A DNA stretch of 64,000 bases, taken from NCBI GenBank assembly GCA_903926385.1, contig CAIYIS010000045.1, positions 173,569 to 237,568 on the forward strand, read 5' to 3'. Source of the DNA: an uncultured Bacteroidota bacterium (GTDB lineage Bacteria > Bacteroidota > Bacteroidia > 2-12-FULL-35-15). Shown here in pieces: positions 46,919 to 56,830 of the stretch (position 1 is the first letter of the stretch; the number at the start of each line of letters is the position of its first letter). The position numbers were made by a program, and so were the translations under genes. The notes beneath the pieces are model-generated. The model made no database searches and was not told the DNA's origin. It was given only the letters and a program-made list of their open reading frames with translations.

Positions 46919-49651
46919 ATGAAAAAGTTTGTACTTGTAGTTATTCTCTTCATCGTTGCATACAGCAAGGGTTTTGCAACGCATAATCGTGCAGGCGAAA
47001 TAACTTATCAATGGGTAGGCAGTTATCCCGACCATCCGTATTTGTACAAAATTATTGTCACTACTTATACTAATACTTGCAATACACAAGCCGACCGGTG
47101 CGAGCTTGCCGTTCGATTCGGAGATGGTACCGATAGTGTTATTGCTCCCCGAGTAAATGGACCAAGTATTCAATGTCCGTCCACACACGATGGTTTTCAA
47201 ATTACACCTTGTACCAAAAAGAACGTGTATGAAGTTACTCACGAATATTCAGGCCCGAGTCCTAATCCATTAGGATATCAAATAACAATGGATGATATGA
47301 ATCGAAATGCCGGAACGTGTAATATTCCTAATTCGGTAAACACTTCCTTTTCGTTGAGTACTTATTTAATTATTAACCCATTTTTAGGCCCCAATAATTC
47401 TCCTGTATTGTTAAATATGCCTTTGGACGATGCCTGTGTTGGTGTTTGTTTTTATCACAACCCCGGTGCTTACGACCCTGATGGTGATAGCTTGTCATAC
47501 AGCTTAACCACTTGTTTGGCCGGAGGTGTGGCTATTCCCGGATGGTCTATGCCTCCTAATATGTCGTATAGCAGTATTGATGCTCTGAGGGGTGATTTGG
47601 TATGGTGTTCACCAAATCAAATTTGTAATTATAATATTGCAATATTGATTAAGGAGTACAGACGTTTGCAGGGTAGTCCCGTTCGTTATTACATAGGAGC
47701 GGTTTTGCGCGACATGCAAATTACAGTTGCCTCTTGTATGAACAATCCTCCTCAAATAAATCCAATAAATGATACCTGTATTGTAGCCGGAACCAATTTG
47801 CATTTTACCGTAACAGCTCATGATGTCGAAAATGATGTTGTTTCGTTAGCTGCTTCGGGAGGACCGTTTCAGATAACTCCCTCGGCCACCTTTACCTCAA
47901 CACCAACATTAACCCCTGTTAACGGTTCGTTTAACTGGACACCAAATTGCAGCGAGGTGCAATTGCTTCCGTACTTGGTTACTTTTAAAGCAACGGACAG
48001 CAATGTGCCCAATCCTTTGGTTGATTACAAATCTGTTTTTATCAGAGTGATTGCCCCGGCTCCTACTATACTTTCGGCCACACCAAGTGGTGCAAGTATT
48101 ATTGTTAATTGGTCGCCTTCTATTTGTAACTCCACTATTGGTAATAATCCACTCACAGGATATCATGTCTATCGTAAAAATTCATGCGACCCATTTGTAC
48201 ACGATTTATGCCAGACCGGATTACCTAGTTCTACAGGTTATACTTTAATAGGTAATACGGGTCCTACCACCACTACTTTTACAGACAATAATAGCGGAAA
48301 CGGTTTGGTAAATGGAATCAATTATTCTTATATAGTGGTAGCATATTATTCCGATGGTTCGCAGAGTTATGCCTCCGGAAACGTTTGTGCCATGCTGGTT
48401 AGAGATGTTCCGGTTATTACAAATGTATCTGTAATAAGTACAGGAAATAGTCATACCATTTGGACTCATTGGATAAAACCTTTGTCATCCCTACCCAATT
48501 TAGATACTATAGTTAATCCTCCTCCTTATCAATATAAAGTAATGCGGGCTGCTCGTACAAGTGGAAGTTTGTTGTATCACCAGATTTCGCTTAACTCAGA
48601 TTATATTTACAATTCGTATTATCAACTACCCGATACAGGTTTTGTTAGCACCGGATTGCATACTGCGGATACTTCTTATGTTTACAGAATCGATTTTTAT
48701 GCCAACAGCATTCTGAAAGGTTCTACCAATTCAGCTTCATCTGTGTTCCTCAATACAACACCTTCGGGCGGACAATTAACATTAACCTGGCAGGTTAATG
48801 TGCCTTGGGCTAATTACCGATACGACATTTTTAAGGAAACTAATATTCCAGGAGTTTTTGCTTTTCTGGATAGTACGCATTCCAACTCTTATACAGATAC
48901 AGGTTTGGTGAACGGCCAGTTGTATTGTTATAAAATAAAAACCTACGGAGAATACACCGATACACTTATTCACGGCCCATTGGTAAATACTTCGCAAATA
49001 CAATGTGGCAGGCCGGTTGATTTAATTCCTCCATGTCAGCCAAACTTTATGGTAGAAAATGATTGCGGCATTTTTGAAAATGTTGTTTCATGGACTAATC
49101 CGAATACATACTGCAGCCATGACGCTGTACAGATTAATATTTATTTTGCATATACAAGCAACGACCCATTACAGCTTATATACTCCACCACCGACATGAG
49201 CATTACTAGTTTTTCTCATATTTATACTTTCCAGGGCGAACCAACTGTAGCGGGCTGCTACGCTGTAACAGCAGTCGATTCTGCTATTATTCCAAACGAA
49301 AGCCCTATTGTAAATAAAATATGTGTTGATAATTGTCCTGAATACGAGTTGCCAAATGTGTTTACTCCAAATGGTGATAATATTAACGATATGGTTACTC
49401 CGTTGCCCGGATACCGATATGTTAAAGATGTTGATATGAAAATTTATGACCGCTGGGGAGTACTGATGTTTCAAACCGAAAATAAGGATATTTTATGGGA
49501 TGGAAAAAATAAGGATACTAAAGGGATTTGCCCAGACGGGGTGTATTATTACATCTGTATAGTAAATGAAATTCGTGTGGACGGAATTCGTCCGAGAATA
49601 TTAAAAGGATTTATTCAGCTATTTAAAGAAGGAGCTTCACCGGCTCATTAA
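46919..49651 (+). CDS. Large secreted protein with Ig/FN3-like domains and a T9SS type-B (gliding-motility-associated) C-terminal domain
   Basis: 910 aa with a signal peptide. C-terminal FTPNGDNINDMV...GVYYYICIV matches the type-B CTD pattern. Confidence 0.75.
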   Translation: MKKFVLVVILFIVAYSKGFATHNRAGEITYQWVGSYPDHPYLYKIIVTTYTNTCNTQADRCELAVRFGDGTDSVIAPRVNGPSIQCPSTHDGFQITPCTKKNVYEVTHEYSGPSPNPLGYQITMDDMNRNAGTCNIPNSVNTSFSLSTYLIINPFLGPNNSPVLLNMPLDDACVGVCFYHNPGAYDPDGDSLSYSLTTCLAGGVAIPGWSMPPNMSYSSIDALRGDLVWCSPNQICNYNIAILIKEYRRLQGSPVRYYIGAVLRDMQITVASCMNNPPQINPINDTCIVAGTNLHFTVTAHDVENDVVSLAASGGPFQITPSATFTSTPTLTPVNGSFNWTPNCSEVQLLPYLVTFKATDSNVPNPLVDYKSVFIRVIAPAPTILSATPSGASIIVNWSPSICNSTIGNNPLTGYHVYRKNSCDPFVHDLCQTGLPSSTGYTLIGNTGPTTTTFTDNNSGNGLVNGINYSYIVVAYYSDGSQSYASGNVCAMLVRDVPVITNVSVISTGNSHTIWTHWIKPLSSLPNLDTIVNPPPYQYKVMRAARTSGSLLYHQISLNSDYIYNSYYQLPDTGFVSTGLHTADTSYVYRIDFYANSILKGSTNSASSVFLNTTPSGGQLTLTWQVNVPWANYRYDIFKETNIPGVFAFLDSTHSNSYTDTGLVNGQLYCYKIKTYGEYTDTLIHGPLVNTSQIQCGRPVDLIPPCQPNFMVENDCGIFENVVSWTNPNTYCSHDAVQINIYFAYTSNDPLQLIYSTTDMSITSFSHIYTFQGEPTVAGCYAVTAVDSAIIPNESPIVNKICVDNCPEYELPNVFTPNGDNINDMVTPLPGYRYVKDVDMKIYDRWGVLMFQTENKDILWDGKNKDTKGICPDGVYYYICIVNEIRVDGIRPRILKGFIQLFKEGASPAH

Positions 49652-49655
49652 ACTT

Positions 49656-50255
49656 ATGTTTTCAGGAATAATTGAAGCACTTGGAGAAATTACCAACCTG
49701 CGAAAAGAATTAAACAACTTACACATTACTGTAAAAAGCAGTTTCACACATGCGCTAAAAGTAGATCAGAGTGTGGCACACAACGGAGTTTGCCTGACGG
49801 TAGTAAATGTTTCGGGAGATGAATACACCGTTACAGCCATTGACGAAACCCTGCAAAAATCCAATCTCGGCAAACTTTCAATTGGAGATAAAATTAACCT
49901 CGAACGTTGTATGAAGCTGGGTGACCGGCTTGACGGACATATTGTACAAGGGCACGTTGACCAAACCGGCACATGTACCAATGTGCAGGAAACTAACGGA
50001 AGCTGGATGTTCACATTTGAATACGACCTTGGTTTTAATAATCTCACGGTCGAAAAAGGAAGTATATCCATCAATGGTGTAAGCCTTACTGTGGTTAATT
50101 CCAAACAAAATACTTTTTCTGTTTGTATCATTCCTTATACCTACGAACACACCAATTTTCATGCATTTCAGATTGGAACCATCGTAAATCTTGAATTCGA
50201 CATTGTTGGGAAATACATCAGTAAAATGATGGCAGGTCATAAAAAGAATAGTTAG
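49656..50255 (+). CDS. ribE: Riboflavin synthase (alpha chain)
   Basis: MFSGIIE...; the lumazine-binding repeat is duplicated (GVCLTV / GVSLTV). Confidence 0.85.
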   Translation: MFSGIIEALGEITNLRKELNNLHITVKSSFTHALKVDQSVAHNGVCLTVVNVSGDEYTVTAIDETLQKSNLGKLSIGDKINLERCMKLGDRLDGHIVQGHVDQTGTCTNVQETNGSWMFTFEYDLGFNNLTVEKGSISINGVSLTVVNSKQNTFSVCIIPYTYEHTNFHAFQIGTIVNLEFDIVGKYISKMMAGHKKNS

Positions 50256-50352
50256 TACATCGCTGCTATTGGAATGGATGAAATGATGCCATATTCTAAA
50301 AAACAAAAATGAAGAGGAGAAGACTCTTCTACAAACAGCATTGCTTGATTAT

Positions 50353-50712
50353 TTAGTGCAGCACTTTTATTTTTTTGAGTTCATCCTGTGTAACAGAGGG
50401 AGGAAATTCACCTCTCTGAATTTTGGTGATAATATATTTTGCACAATTCTGTGCATCTATCTTGGTTTTGAAACCATCATTGCCAGGCATGCTTGGAATA
50501 GAAGTTTGATGAATTAATGGGTCTTTTCCTCCGTCAACATATATTTCATAACCATGTGTACCATTTGGAGCGTCAATAATCTTCCACTCAAATTTCGAAT
50601 TGCCGTATTTTGGAGTTTCCGGATGCCTTGCAGAGGTGTCTTTAACATGCATTTGGGCATTTGCGATAACTGAAAGCAGGAGGAATGCAGATAAATAGAT
50701 ATATTTTTTCAT
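50353..50712 (-). CDS. Small secreted protein, possibly DUF4907 family
   Basis: ATG at 50712 gives the signal peptide MKKYIYLSAFLLLSVIANAQ. Core GYEIYVDG...HQTSIPSMPGN.GF.TK.DA. Confidence 0.5.
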   Translation of the reverse strand: MKKYIYLSAFLLLSVIANAQMHVKDTSARHPETPKYGNSKFEWKIIDAPNGTHGYEIYVDGGKDPLIHQTSIPSMPGNDGFKTKIDAQNCAKYIITKIQRGEFPPSVTQDELKKIKVLH

Positions 50713-50842
50713 ATTGTTTAGAAGCTGTTTTGTGATGACATTAAAATTGTGTTTGCAAAAATAGTTCAAATTATCATTCTTTAAAAATATTTTAGATTAA
50801 CCACATTCCTTTCTTTTTATCAATTATCTTCGCCCAATTAAA

Positions 50843-51313
50843 ATGAAGTCGAAAAAAAAGAATATTATTTTATTTTTACTAATCGTGGCCATGTTGGTGG
50901 TGGGCTTTTATCGTGATTTTTTATTTAAAAATATTAACGCTTTAATGCAGGCTTGGGATGCTGATATGGATTATCAAATGCCTTCGAGCTTGAATTTTCT
51001 CAAAAATTATGAATACAACACACTCTCTTGGTTTAAATGGGTTTTAACTGTTGCCTTTTCTGTTATTTATTTATTAATTTCTATCGTGGTTGTTCGATTG
51101 TTTTTTAATGAAAAGATATACTCTCGAATAACCATTATTACCTTTTGTGGAGTTTTGTTACTTTCTTTGTTTTTTATGTTAATGGGATATGTTTTTAAAG
51201 GGGGAGCAACTGGTATGTACTCAATTGCTAGATACCTTATGGGAATGGCTCAATCGCCTGTTTTGTTAATGATATTAGTTCCGGCTTTTAAGCTTAGTAA
51301 GAAAGACCAATAA
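50843..51313 (+). CDS. Hypothetical integral membrane protein (4 TM)
   Basis: 156 aa with four hydrophobic helices. No recognisable motif. Confidence 0.5.
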   Translation: MKSKKKNIILFLLIVAMLVVGFYRDFLFKNINALMQAWDADMDYQMPSSLNFLKNYEYNTLSWFKWVLTVAFSVIYLLISIVVVRLFFNEKIYSRITIITFCGVLLLSLFFMLMGYVFKGGATGMYSIARYLMGMAQSPVLLMILVPAFKLSKKDQ

Positions 51314-51406
51314 ATTTATTTTTGAACATCCCTCATCAGTTGGCAAAGTTCTGATTTCTTTTTATAATTTTGCAAACATTAAACAAATCAATATAGATAT
51401 CCTAAT

Positions 51407-52678
51407 ATGAAAAAAGACAGCGCAATTTTTGATTTAATAGACGAAGAAAAGAAAAGACAAACAATAGGGTTAGAACTTATCGCTTCCGAAAATTATGTAA
51501 GTGATCAAGTGATGAGGGCTATGGGTTCAGTGCTTGTCAATAAATATGCAGAAGGTCTTCCAGGTAAGAGATATTATGGCGGTTGCGAAGTGGTGGATAA
51601 GGTAGAGCAACTTGCAATTGACAGAGCCAAAAAACTGTTTAATGCAGAATGGGTAAACGTTCAGCCCCATTCAGGTGCCCAAGCTAACGCAGCTGTTATG
51701 CTGGGAGTACTTAAACCTGGAGATAAAATTCTTGGGTTTGATTTGTCGCATGGAGGACATTTAACTCATGGTTCTCCAGTAAATTTTTCCGGTAAATTAT
51801 ATGTGCCCAGTTTTTATGGTGTAGAGGAAAAAACCGGCAAAGTGAATTTTAATAAAGTTGAAGAAATTGCCATTAAGGAAAAGCCGAAATTAATAATTTG
51901 TGGTGCATCGGCTTATTCGCGCGACTGGGATTATAAAAAATTAAGAAAAATCGCGGATAAAGTGGGTGCTCTATTGTTGGCTGATATATCTCATCCGTCA
52001 GGTCTTATTGCAAGGGGATTACTAAACGATCCTTTGCCATATTGCCACATTGTTACTACTACCACTCACAAAACATTAAGAGGTCCAAGAGGAGGAATGA
52101 TTATGCTTGGGAAAGATTTCCCTAATCCTTGGGGAGAAAAAACTCCTAAGGGGGAAACAAAAATGATGTCTCAGATACTTGATGCTGCTGTTTTTCCAGG
52201 TACACAAGGCGGCCCTCTCGAACATATCATTGGAGCGAAAGCTGTTGCATTTGCCGAAGCCTTAGACGAAAGCTACATGAAATATTGCATACAGGTAATG
52301 AAAAATGCAAAGTTAATGGCCAAGTGTTTTATGGATTTAGGGTACAAGGTTATTTCAGGAGGAACCGATAATCATTGTATGTTAATTGATTTGCGTTCTA
52401 AAAATTTAACAGGAAAATTAGCAGAAAATTTATTGGTACAGGCAGATATCACAGTGAACAAAAACATGGTTCCATTCGATGATAAATCACCCTTTGTAAC
52501 TTCAGGAATACGTGTGGGGACTTCGGCTATTACCACTAGAGGCATTAAAGAAAAACACATCCCTAAGATTGTTAGCCTAATTGATAAAGCTCTGATGAAC
52601 GCAGAAAATGAAAAGGTAATAAAAGAAGTGAGAAAGGAAGTTAACAAATTGATGAAGGATTTTCCTTTGTTCGCGTAA
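51407..52678 (+). CDS. glyA: Serine hydroxymethyltransferase
   Basis: PLP-lysine context [14 protein letters not shown]. 423 aa. Confidence 0.95.
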   Translation: MKKDSAIFDLIDEEKKRQTIGLELIASENYVSDQVMRAMGSVLVNKYAEGLPGKRYYGGCEVVDKVEQLAIDRAKKLFNAEWVNVQPHSGAQANAAVMLGVLKPGDKILGFDLSHGGHLTHGSPVNFSGKLYVPSFYGVEEKTGKVNFNKVEEIAIKEKPKLIICGASAYSRDWDYKKLRKIADKVGALLLADISHPSGLIARGLLNDPLPYCHIVTTTTHKTLRGPRGGMIMLGKDFPNPWGEKTPKGETKMMSQILDAAVFPGTQGGPLEHIIGAKAVAFAEALDESYMKYCIQVMKNAKLMAKCFMDLGYKVISGGTDNHCMLIDLRSKNLTGKLAENLLVQADITVNKNMVPFDDKSPFVTSGIRVGTSAITTRGIKEKHIPKIVSLIDKALMNAENEKVIKEVRKEVNKLMKDFPLFA

Positions 52679-52726
52679 CTTTCATAATAAGTAGAATTAA
52701 TATTAATAAAAAATAAGCACAAAAAA

Positions 52727-54034
52727 ATGCCAGAAGTAGAATTGATAATGCCAAAAATGGGTGAGAGTGTTGCGGAAGCCACCATCATTAAATGGCTAAA
52801 AAAGGAGGGTGATAAAATAGCGGCTGATGAAATAGTGCTGGAAATAGCAACAGACAAGGTGGATTCGGAGATACCTTCAACATCAGAAGGTGTATTGGTT
52901 AAACGATTGTTTAACGAAGGAGAAGTGGTGCAGGTAGGAAAAGCGATTGCCATCATTTCCACTGATGCAACTGCTCAGGTTGTTGCAACGGAAGTAAAAG
53001 CAGCAATAAAAGAAGTGTCAATTAGTGTCCAAAAGGAAAATATAGAATCCTCAGTATCTGAAGCATCTCAATTAGAGAATCATTCTTCTTCTGGCAAATT
53101 TTACTCCCCTTTGGTGCGCAACATTGCAAAGGCAGAAGGTGTTGCAATAAAGGAATTGGATAGTATTACGGGAACAGGAGCAAATGGCAGGGTTACAAAA
53201 AATGATATTTTGGCGTACATTCTAAATAGAACTAAGGCTCAACCAGCAAAAGTTGAGTTATCGACTCCTACAGTTAGCTCAAGCGCTCCAATACCTCATC
53301 ATAAGCCTGCTGTAAGTTCATCTGTAGGAGATGAAATAATTGAAATGGACAGAATGCGGAAGATTATTGCTGATCATATGATCATGAGTAAACAAACTTC
53401 TGCACATGTAACTTCTTTTGTTGAAGCAGATGTTACCAATATTGTGAAATGGAGAGAAAAAGTGAAGTCCAATTTCGAAAAACGTGAAGGCGAAAAATTG
53501 ACTTTTACACCCATATTTATTGAGGCACTTGCTCGAGCTATTAAAGACTTTCCGATGATAAATATTTCTGTCGATGGTTCGAGAATTATCAAACGGAAAA
53601 ACATTAATATTGGTATGGCCACTGCGCTTTCTTCAGGTAATTTGATTGTTCCCGTTATTCGTAATGCTGATACTCTTAATTTAGTAGGATTAACTAAACA
53701 GGTAAACGATTTATCAAGCCGTGCAAGAAGTGGAAAGCTAACACCTGATGATATTCAGGGGGGGACTTATACAATTTCTAATGTGGGTTCATTTGGTAAT
53801 GTTATGGGAACTCCTATTATCAGTCAACCCCAAGTTGCCATTTTGGCTGTAGGTGTTATCAAGAAAAAACCAGCTGTAATTGAAACTCCGGATGGAGATT
53901 TAATAGGAGTTCGTCACTTTATGTTTCTTTCACATTCCTACGATCATAGGGTTGTCGATGGTTCGCTTGGTGGGCAATTTGTGAGAAGAGTAGCAGACTA
54001 CTTGGAACAATGGGACGTTAATCGGGAATATTAA
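52727..54034 (+). CDS. Dihydrolipoamide acyltransferase (E2 component of a 2-oxo-acid dehydrogenase complex)
   Basis: N-terminal lipoyl domain (EIATDKVDSEIPS), an E3-binding domain, and the catalytic DHRVVDG. No E1 or E3 gene is adjacent. Confidence 0.85.
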   Translation: MPEVELIMPKMGESVAEATIIKWLKKEGDKIAADEIVLEIATDKVDSEIPSTSEGVLVKRLFNEGEVVQVGKAIAIISTDATAQVVATEVKAAIKEVSISVQKENIESSVSEASQLENHSSSGKFYSPLVRNIAKAEGVAIKELDSITGTGANGRVTKNDILAYILNRTKAQPAKVELSTPTVSSSAPIPHHKPAVSSSVGDEIIEMDRMRKIIADHMIMSKQTSAHVTSFVEADVTNIVKWREKVKSNFEKREGEKLTFTPIFIEALARAIKDFPMINISVDGSRIIKRKNINIGMATALSSGNLIVPVIRNADTLNLVGLTKQVNDLSSRARSGKLTPDDIQGGTYTISNVGSFGNVMGTPIISQPQVAILAVGVIKKKPAVIETPDGDLIGVRHFMFLSHSYDHRVVDGSLGGQFVRRVADYLEQWDVNREY

Positions 54035-54478
54035 TTTCATTGGATTTCATTTTTTGAAATGAATAAGTAGATTTTATAATGTAAAAAGATTAAATCAATG
54101 TTTCGCAATCGGATGATTTACTATTTCACTTCTGCAGGATTTAGAATGAATAATTCCGATTCATTTTTATTATTCGACAATAAAACCATTCACTCCTATT
54201 TACAACAACTATTCAGTAAGAGTGAATTCCTTTTCAGTAAAACGTATTCGGAGACATACCCACACATCTCATTTTCTATAATTACAAAATCTGTCAATTG
54301 GGATTTTATTCTGCTTGATGGATGAATAATTTCATAATCCAAAATGAATCCAATTTTAAAACAACAACTTTAATATAATTCACTATTGATAAATCAATAA
54401 ATAAATAGAAACAAAATTAATGACAAAAGTGATAGTATAAAATTAAAACAAATAAAAACCCCTATTTACTGAATAAAC

Positions 54479-56698
54479 ATGAAAAAGATTATGTTCACTC
54501 CTTCTTTATTGGTTTGTGTAATGATTATTAATTCTTATGGTCAAAATCCAATAGATAAAAATTACAAAACTGTTTTCAACAAAGCGGAAGAATATTTTGT
54601 AAACGAAAACTACCCTGCTGCCCTTATTCTATATCTCCGGCTTGATTCAATTGTAAAGGCAAATGCAAATATCAATTTTAAAATTGGTATGTGCTACCTG
54701 AACTCAGCAACATACAAAACCAAATCTATACCTTATTTAGAGGCTTCTGTTAAGGATGTTTCTGAAAAATTTAAAGAACTTTCCATTAAAGAAACTCATG
54801 CTCCTCAATCAGCATTCTATTATCTGGGTAAAGCTTACCATCTGAATTATGAATTTGATAAGGCAATTGAGATGTATGAAAAGTATAAAGCCATATTGAG
54901 CGTTAATAAGAAAAATGCTGACGAAGTTGAAGATATGAATCATGAAATTGAGACTTGCAATTATGGGAAAGAACTTGTCAAAACTAAAAAGAATGTTATT
55001 GTGAAAAATCTTGGAGATGGAGTAAATACTGAATATCCTGAGTATTCTCCAGTGGTTTCACTTGACGAGGAAACTTTGATTTTCACTTCGAGAAGAAAAG
55101 GAGGTACGAGTGATGATAAATTGCCGAATGGGCAATACTACGAAGATATTTATATATCCAAATATGAAAACGACAAGTGGGGCAAGGCCGTTTCAATAGG
55201 AAGCAACATTAACACGTATGGACATGAAGCAAGTGTTAATCTAACCGCAGATGGTACCAAACTTTTAATTTATAAGGATGATAATGGCAATGGGAATTTG
55301 TATGAAAGTGATTTAAAGGGAGATGAATGGGGGGCACCTAAATATGAGATATCGCCAGTAAATTCGGACGCTTGGGAAACTCATGCTTGTTATAGCTCAG
55401 ACAATAGAATTTTGTATTTTGTGAGTGATCGACCCGGTGGTTTTGGAGGGAGAGATATTTATAAATGCCTGAAATTGCCGAACGGAAAGTGGGGACCTGC
55501 TCAAAATCTTGGTGACACGATTAATACGAAATATGATGAAGATGGAGTATTTATACATCCCGATGGGAAACAAATTTTCTTTTCATCAAAAGGTCATAAT
55601 TCTATGGGTGGATTTGACATTTTCACTTCCTATATTGATAATGAAAATGGTTTTTGGTCGACTCCGGTAAATTATGGTTACCCTGTTAACACAACAGATG
55701 ATGACGTTTTTTTGATAACCTCACCTGATGGAAGAAGAGCTTTCTTCTCCTCTGATCAGGTAGGTGGTTATGGCGAAAAAGATATTTACATGATTCAGTT
55801 TCCAGATTACGAACCTAGAGATATAACAATCTTGGTAGGGAAAATAATTAACAATTCATCCGAAGATATTTCAAATAACAAGATTGTTATTTTAAATTCA
55901 AGTAAAGGCGACACCATTCAGGTATTAAATGCTAACAGTTCAACGGGGAAATTCGGAGCCAATCTTCCTGTTGGAGATAATTATAAAACGAACTATTATG
56001 TTAATGACAAACTTTTCTTCTCTGAAATGTTGGAATCTCCTAAAAATATGGGGTACAGGGCACTCAAACGAAACGTGCCTTACAATGGAAAAAATACTAT
56101 TGATAGCGTAAAGTCAATTGTACCTACTCCTCACTTAGATACTTTAAAATTAACCAATGTGCCGAAAAAAATGAATCATTCACTTGTTATCGATACATCT
56201 CAGGTTATTGATATTGCCCCGCCAATTATACCTCAAACGGCATCGATAACAGTAAATGAAATAACTAATGAATCGGTATCAGTTGGAAATACAGATAAAA
56301 AATGTGAAACGAAAAATACATCTTTTACTGTAAATTTTAGATATAATAAAAAAGAAATAGATATAAAATCAAAAGATTATATTTCCTTTATAAATGAAGC
56401 ATGTTTTTGTTTTAATGCCAAAACAATAGTTAATATAGAAATGGAATCAAGTGCTTCAACTGTTCCGACAAGAACATATAAAACGAATGAAAATTTGGCA
56501 AAAATGAGAGCTGAAGCCGCGCGTGAAAAAGTTTTAAGTTCACTGCTGAAAAGAGGGATCAAGCAGTCTCAAATTATTTTTGCTGAGCCGATAGCTAAAG
56601 TTCACGGTCCCGACTATAAAAAGGATGCTAAAAAAAACAGGTCTGTTTATGAAAAATATCAGTACATCAAGATTAATCTAAGTTTAAAAAATGATTAA
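54479..56698 (+). CDS. TPR + PD40 (TolB-like beta-propeller) protein with a degenerate OmpA-like C-terminus
   Basis: Signal peptide, N-terminal TPR-like helices, then PD40 repeats (LYFVSDRPGGFGGRDIY). The C-terminus ESSASTVPT...NENLAKMRAEAAREKV resembles OmpA but lacks the GHTD motif. Confidence 0.7.
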   Translation: MKKIMFTPSLLVCVMIINSYGQNPIDKNYKTVFNKAEEYFVNENYPAALILYLRLDSIVKANANINFKIGMCYLNSATYKTKSIPYLEASVKDVSEKFKELSIKETHAPQSAFYYLGKAYHLNYEFDKAIEMYEKYKAILSVNKKNADEVEDMNHEIETCNYGKELVKTKKNVIVKNLGDGVNTEYPEYSPVVSLDEETLIFTSRRKGGTSDDKLPNGQYYEDIYISKYENDKWGKAVSIGSNINTYGHEASVNLTADGTKLLIYKDDNGNGNLYESDLKGDEWGAPKYEISPVNSDAWETHACYSSDNRILYFVSDRPGGFGGRDIYKCLKLPNGKWGPAQNLGDTINTKYDEDGVFIHPDGKQIFFSSKGHNSMGGFDIFTSYIDNENGFWSTPVNYGYPVNTTDDDVFLITSPDGRRAFFSSDQVGGYGEKDIYMIQFPDYEPRDITILVGKIINNSSEDISNNKIVILNSSKGDTIQVLNANSSTGKFGANLPVGDNYKTNYYVNDKLFFSEMLESPKNMGYRALKRNVPYNGKNTIDSVKSIVPTPHLDTLKLTNVPKKMNHSLVIDTSQVIDIAPPIIPQTASITVNEITNESVSVGNTDKKCETKNTSFTVNFRYNKKEIDIKSKDYISFINEACFCFNAKTIVNIEMESSASTVPTRTYKTNENLAKMRAEAAREKVLSSLLKRGIKQSQIIFAEPIAKVHGPDYKKDAKKNRSVYEKYQYIKINLSLKND

Positions 56699-56830
56699 AT
56701 CAATTCCTTTAGCTGTTTGATGTGGAGGTCTTCGGTATCAACATTAAAACATTTGTAAAAAAAATCATAAACAGATAAAATAAAAAGTATATTTGTGGTC
56801 TAGTTAAAAAGTAAAACGCAACTTTAAAAT

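Noticed and set aside
54098-54325. 75-aa ORF in the 444-bp gap upstream of the first TPR-PD40 gene
   Set aside because: No motifs and AT-rich; it is probably a 5' regulatory region rather than a gene.
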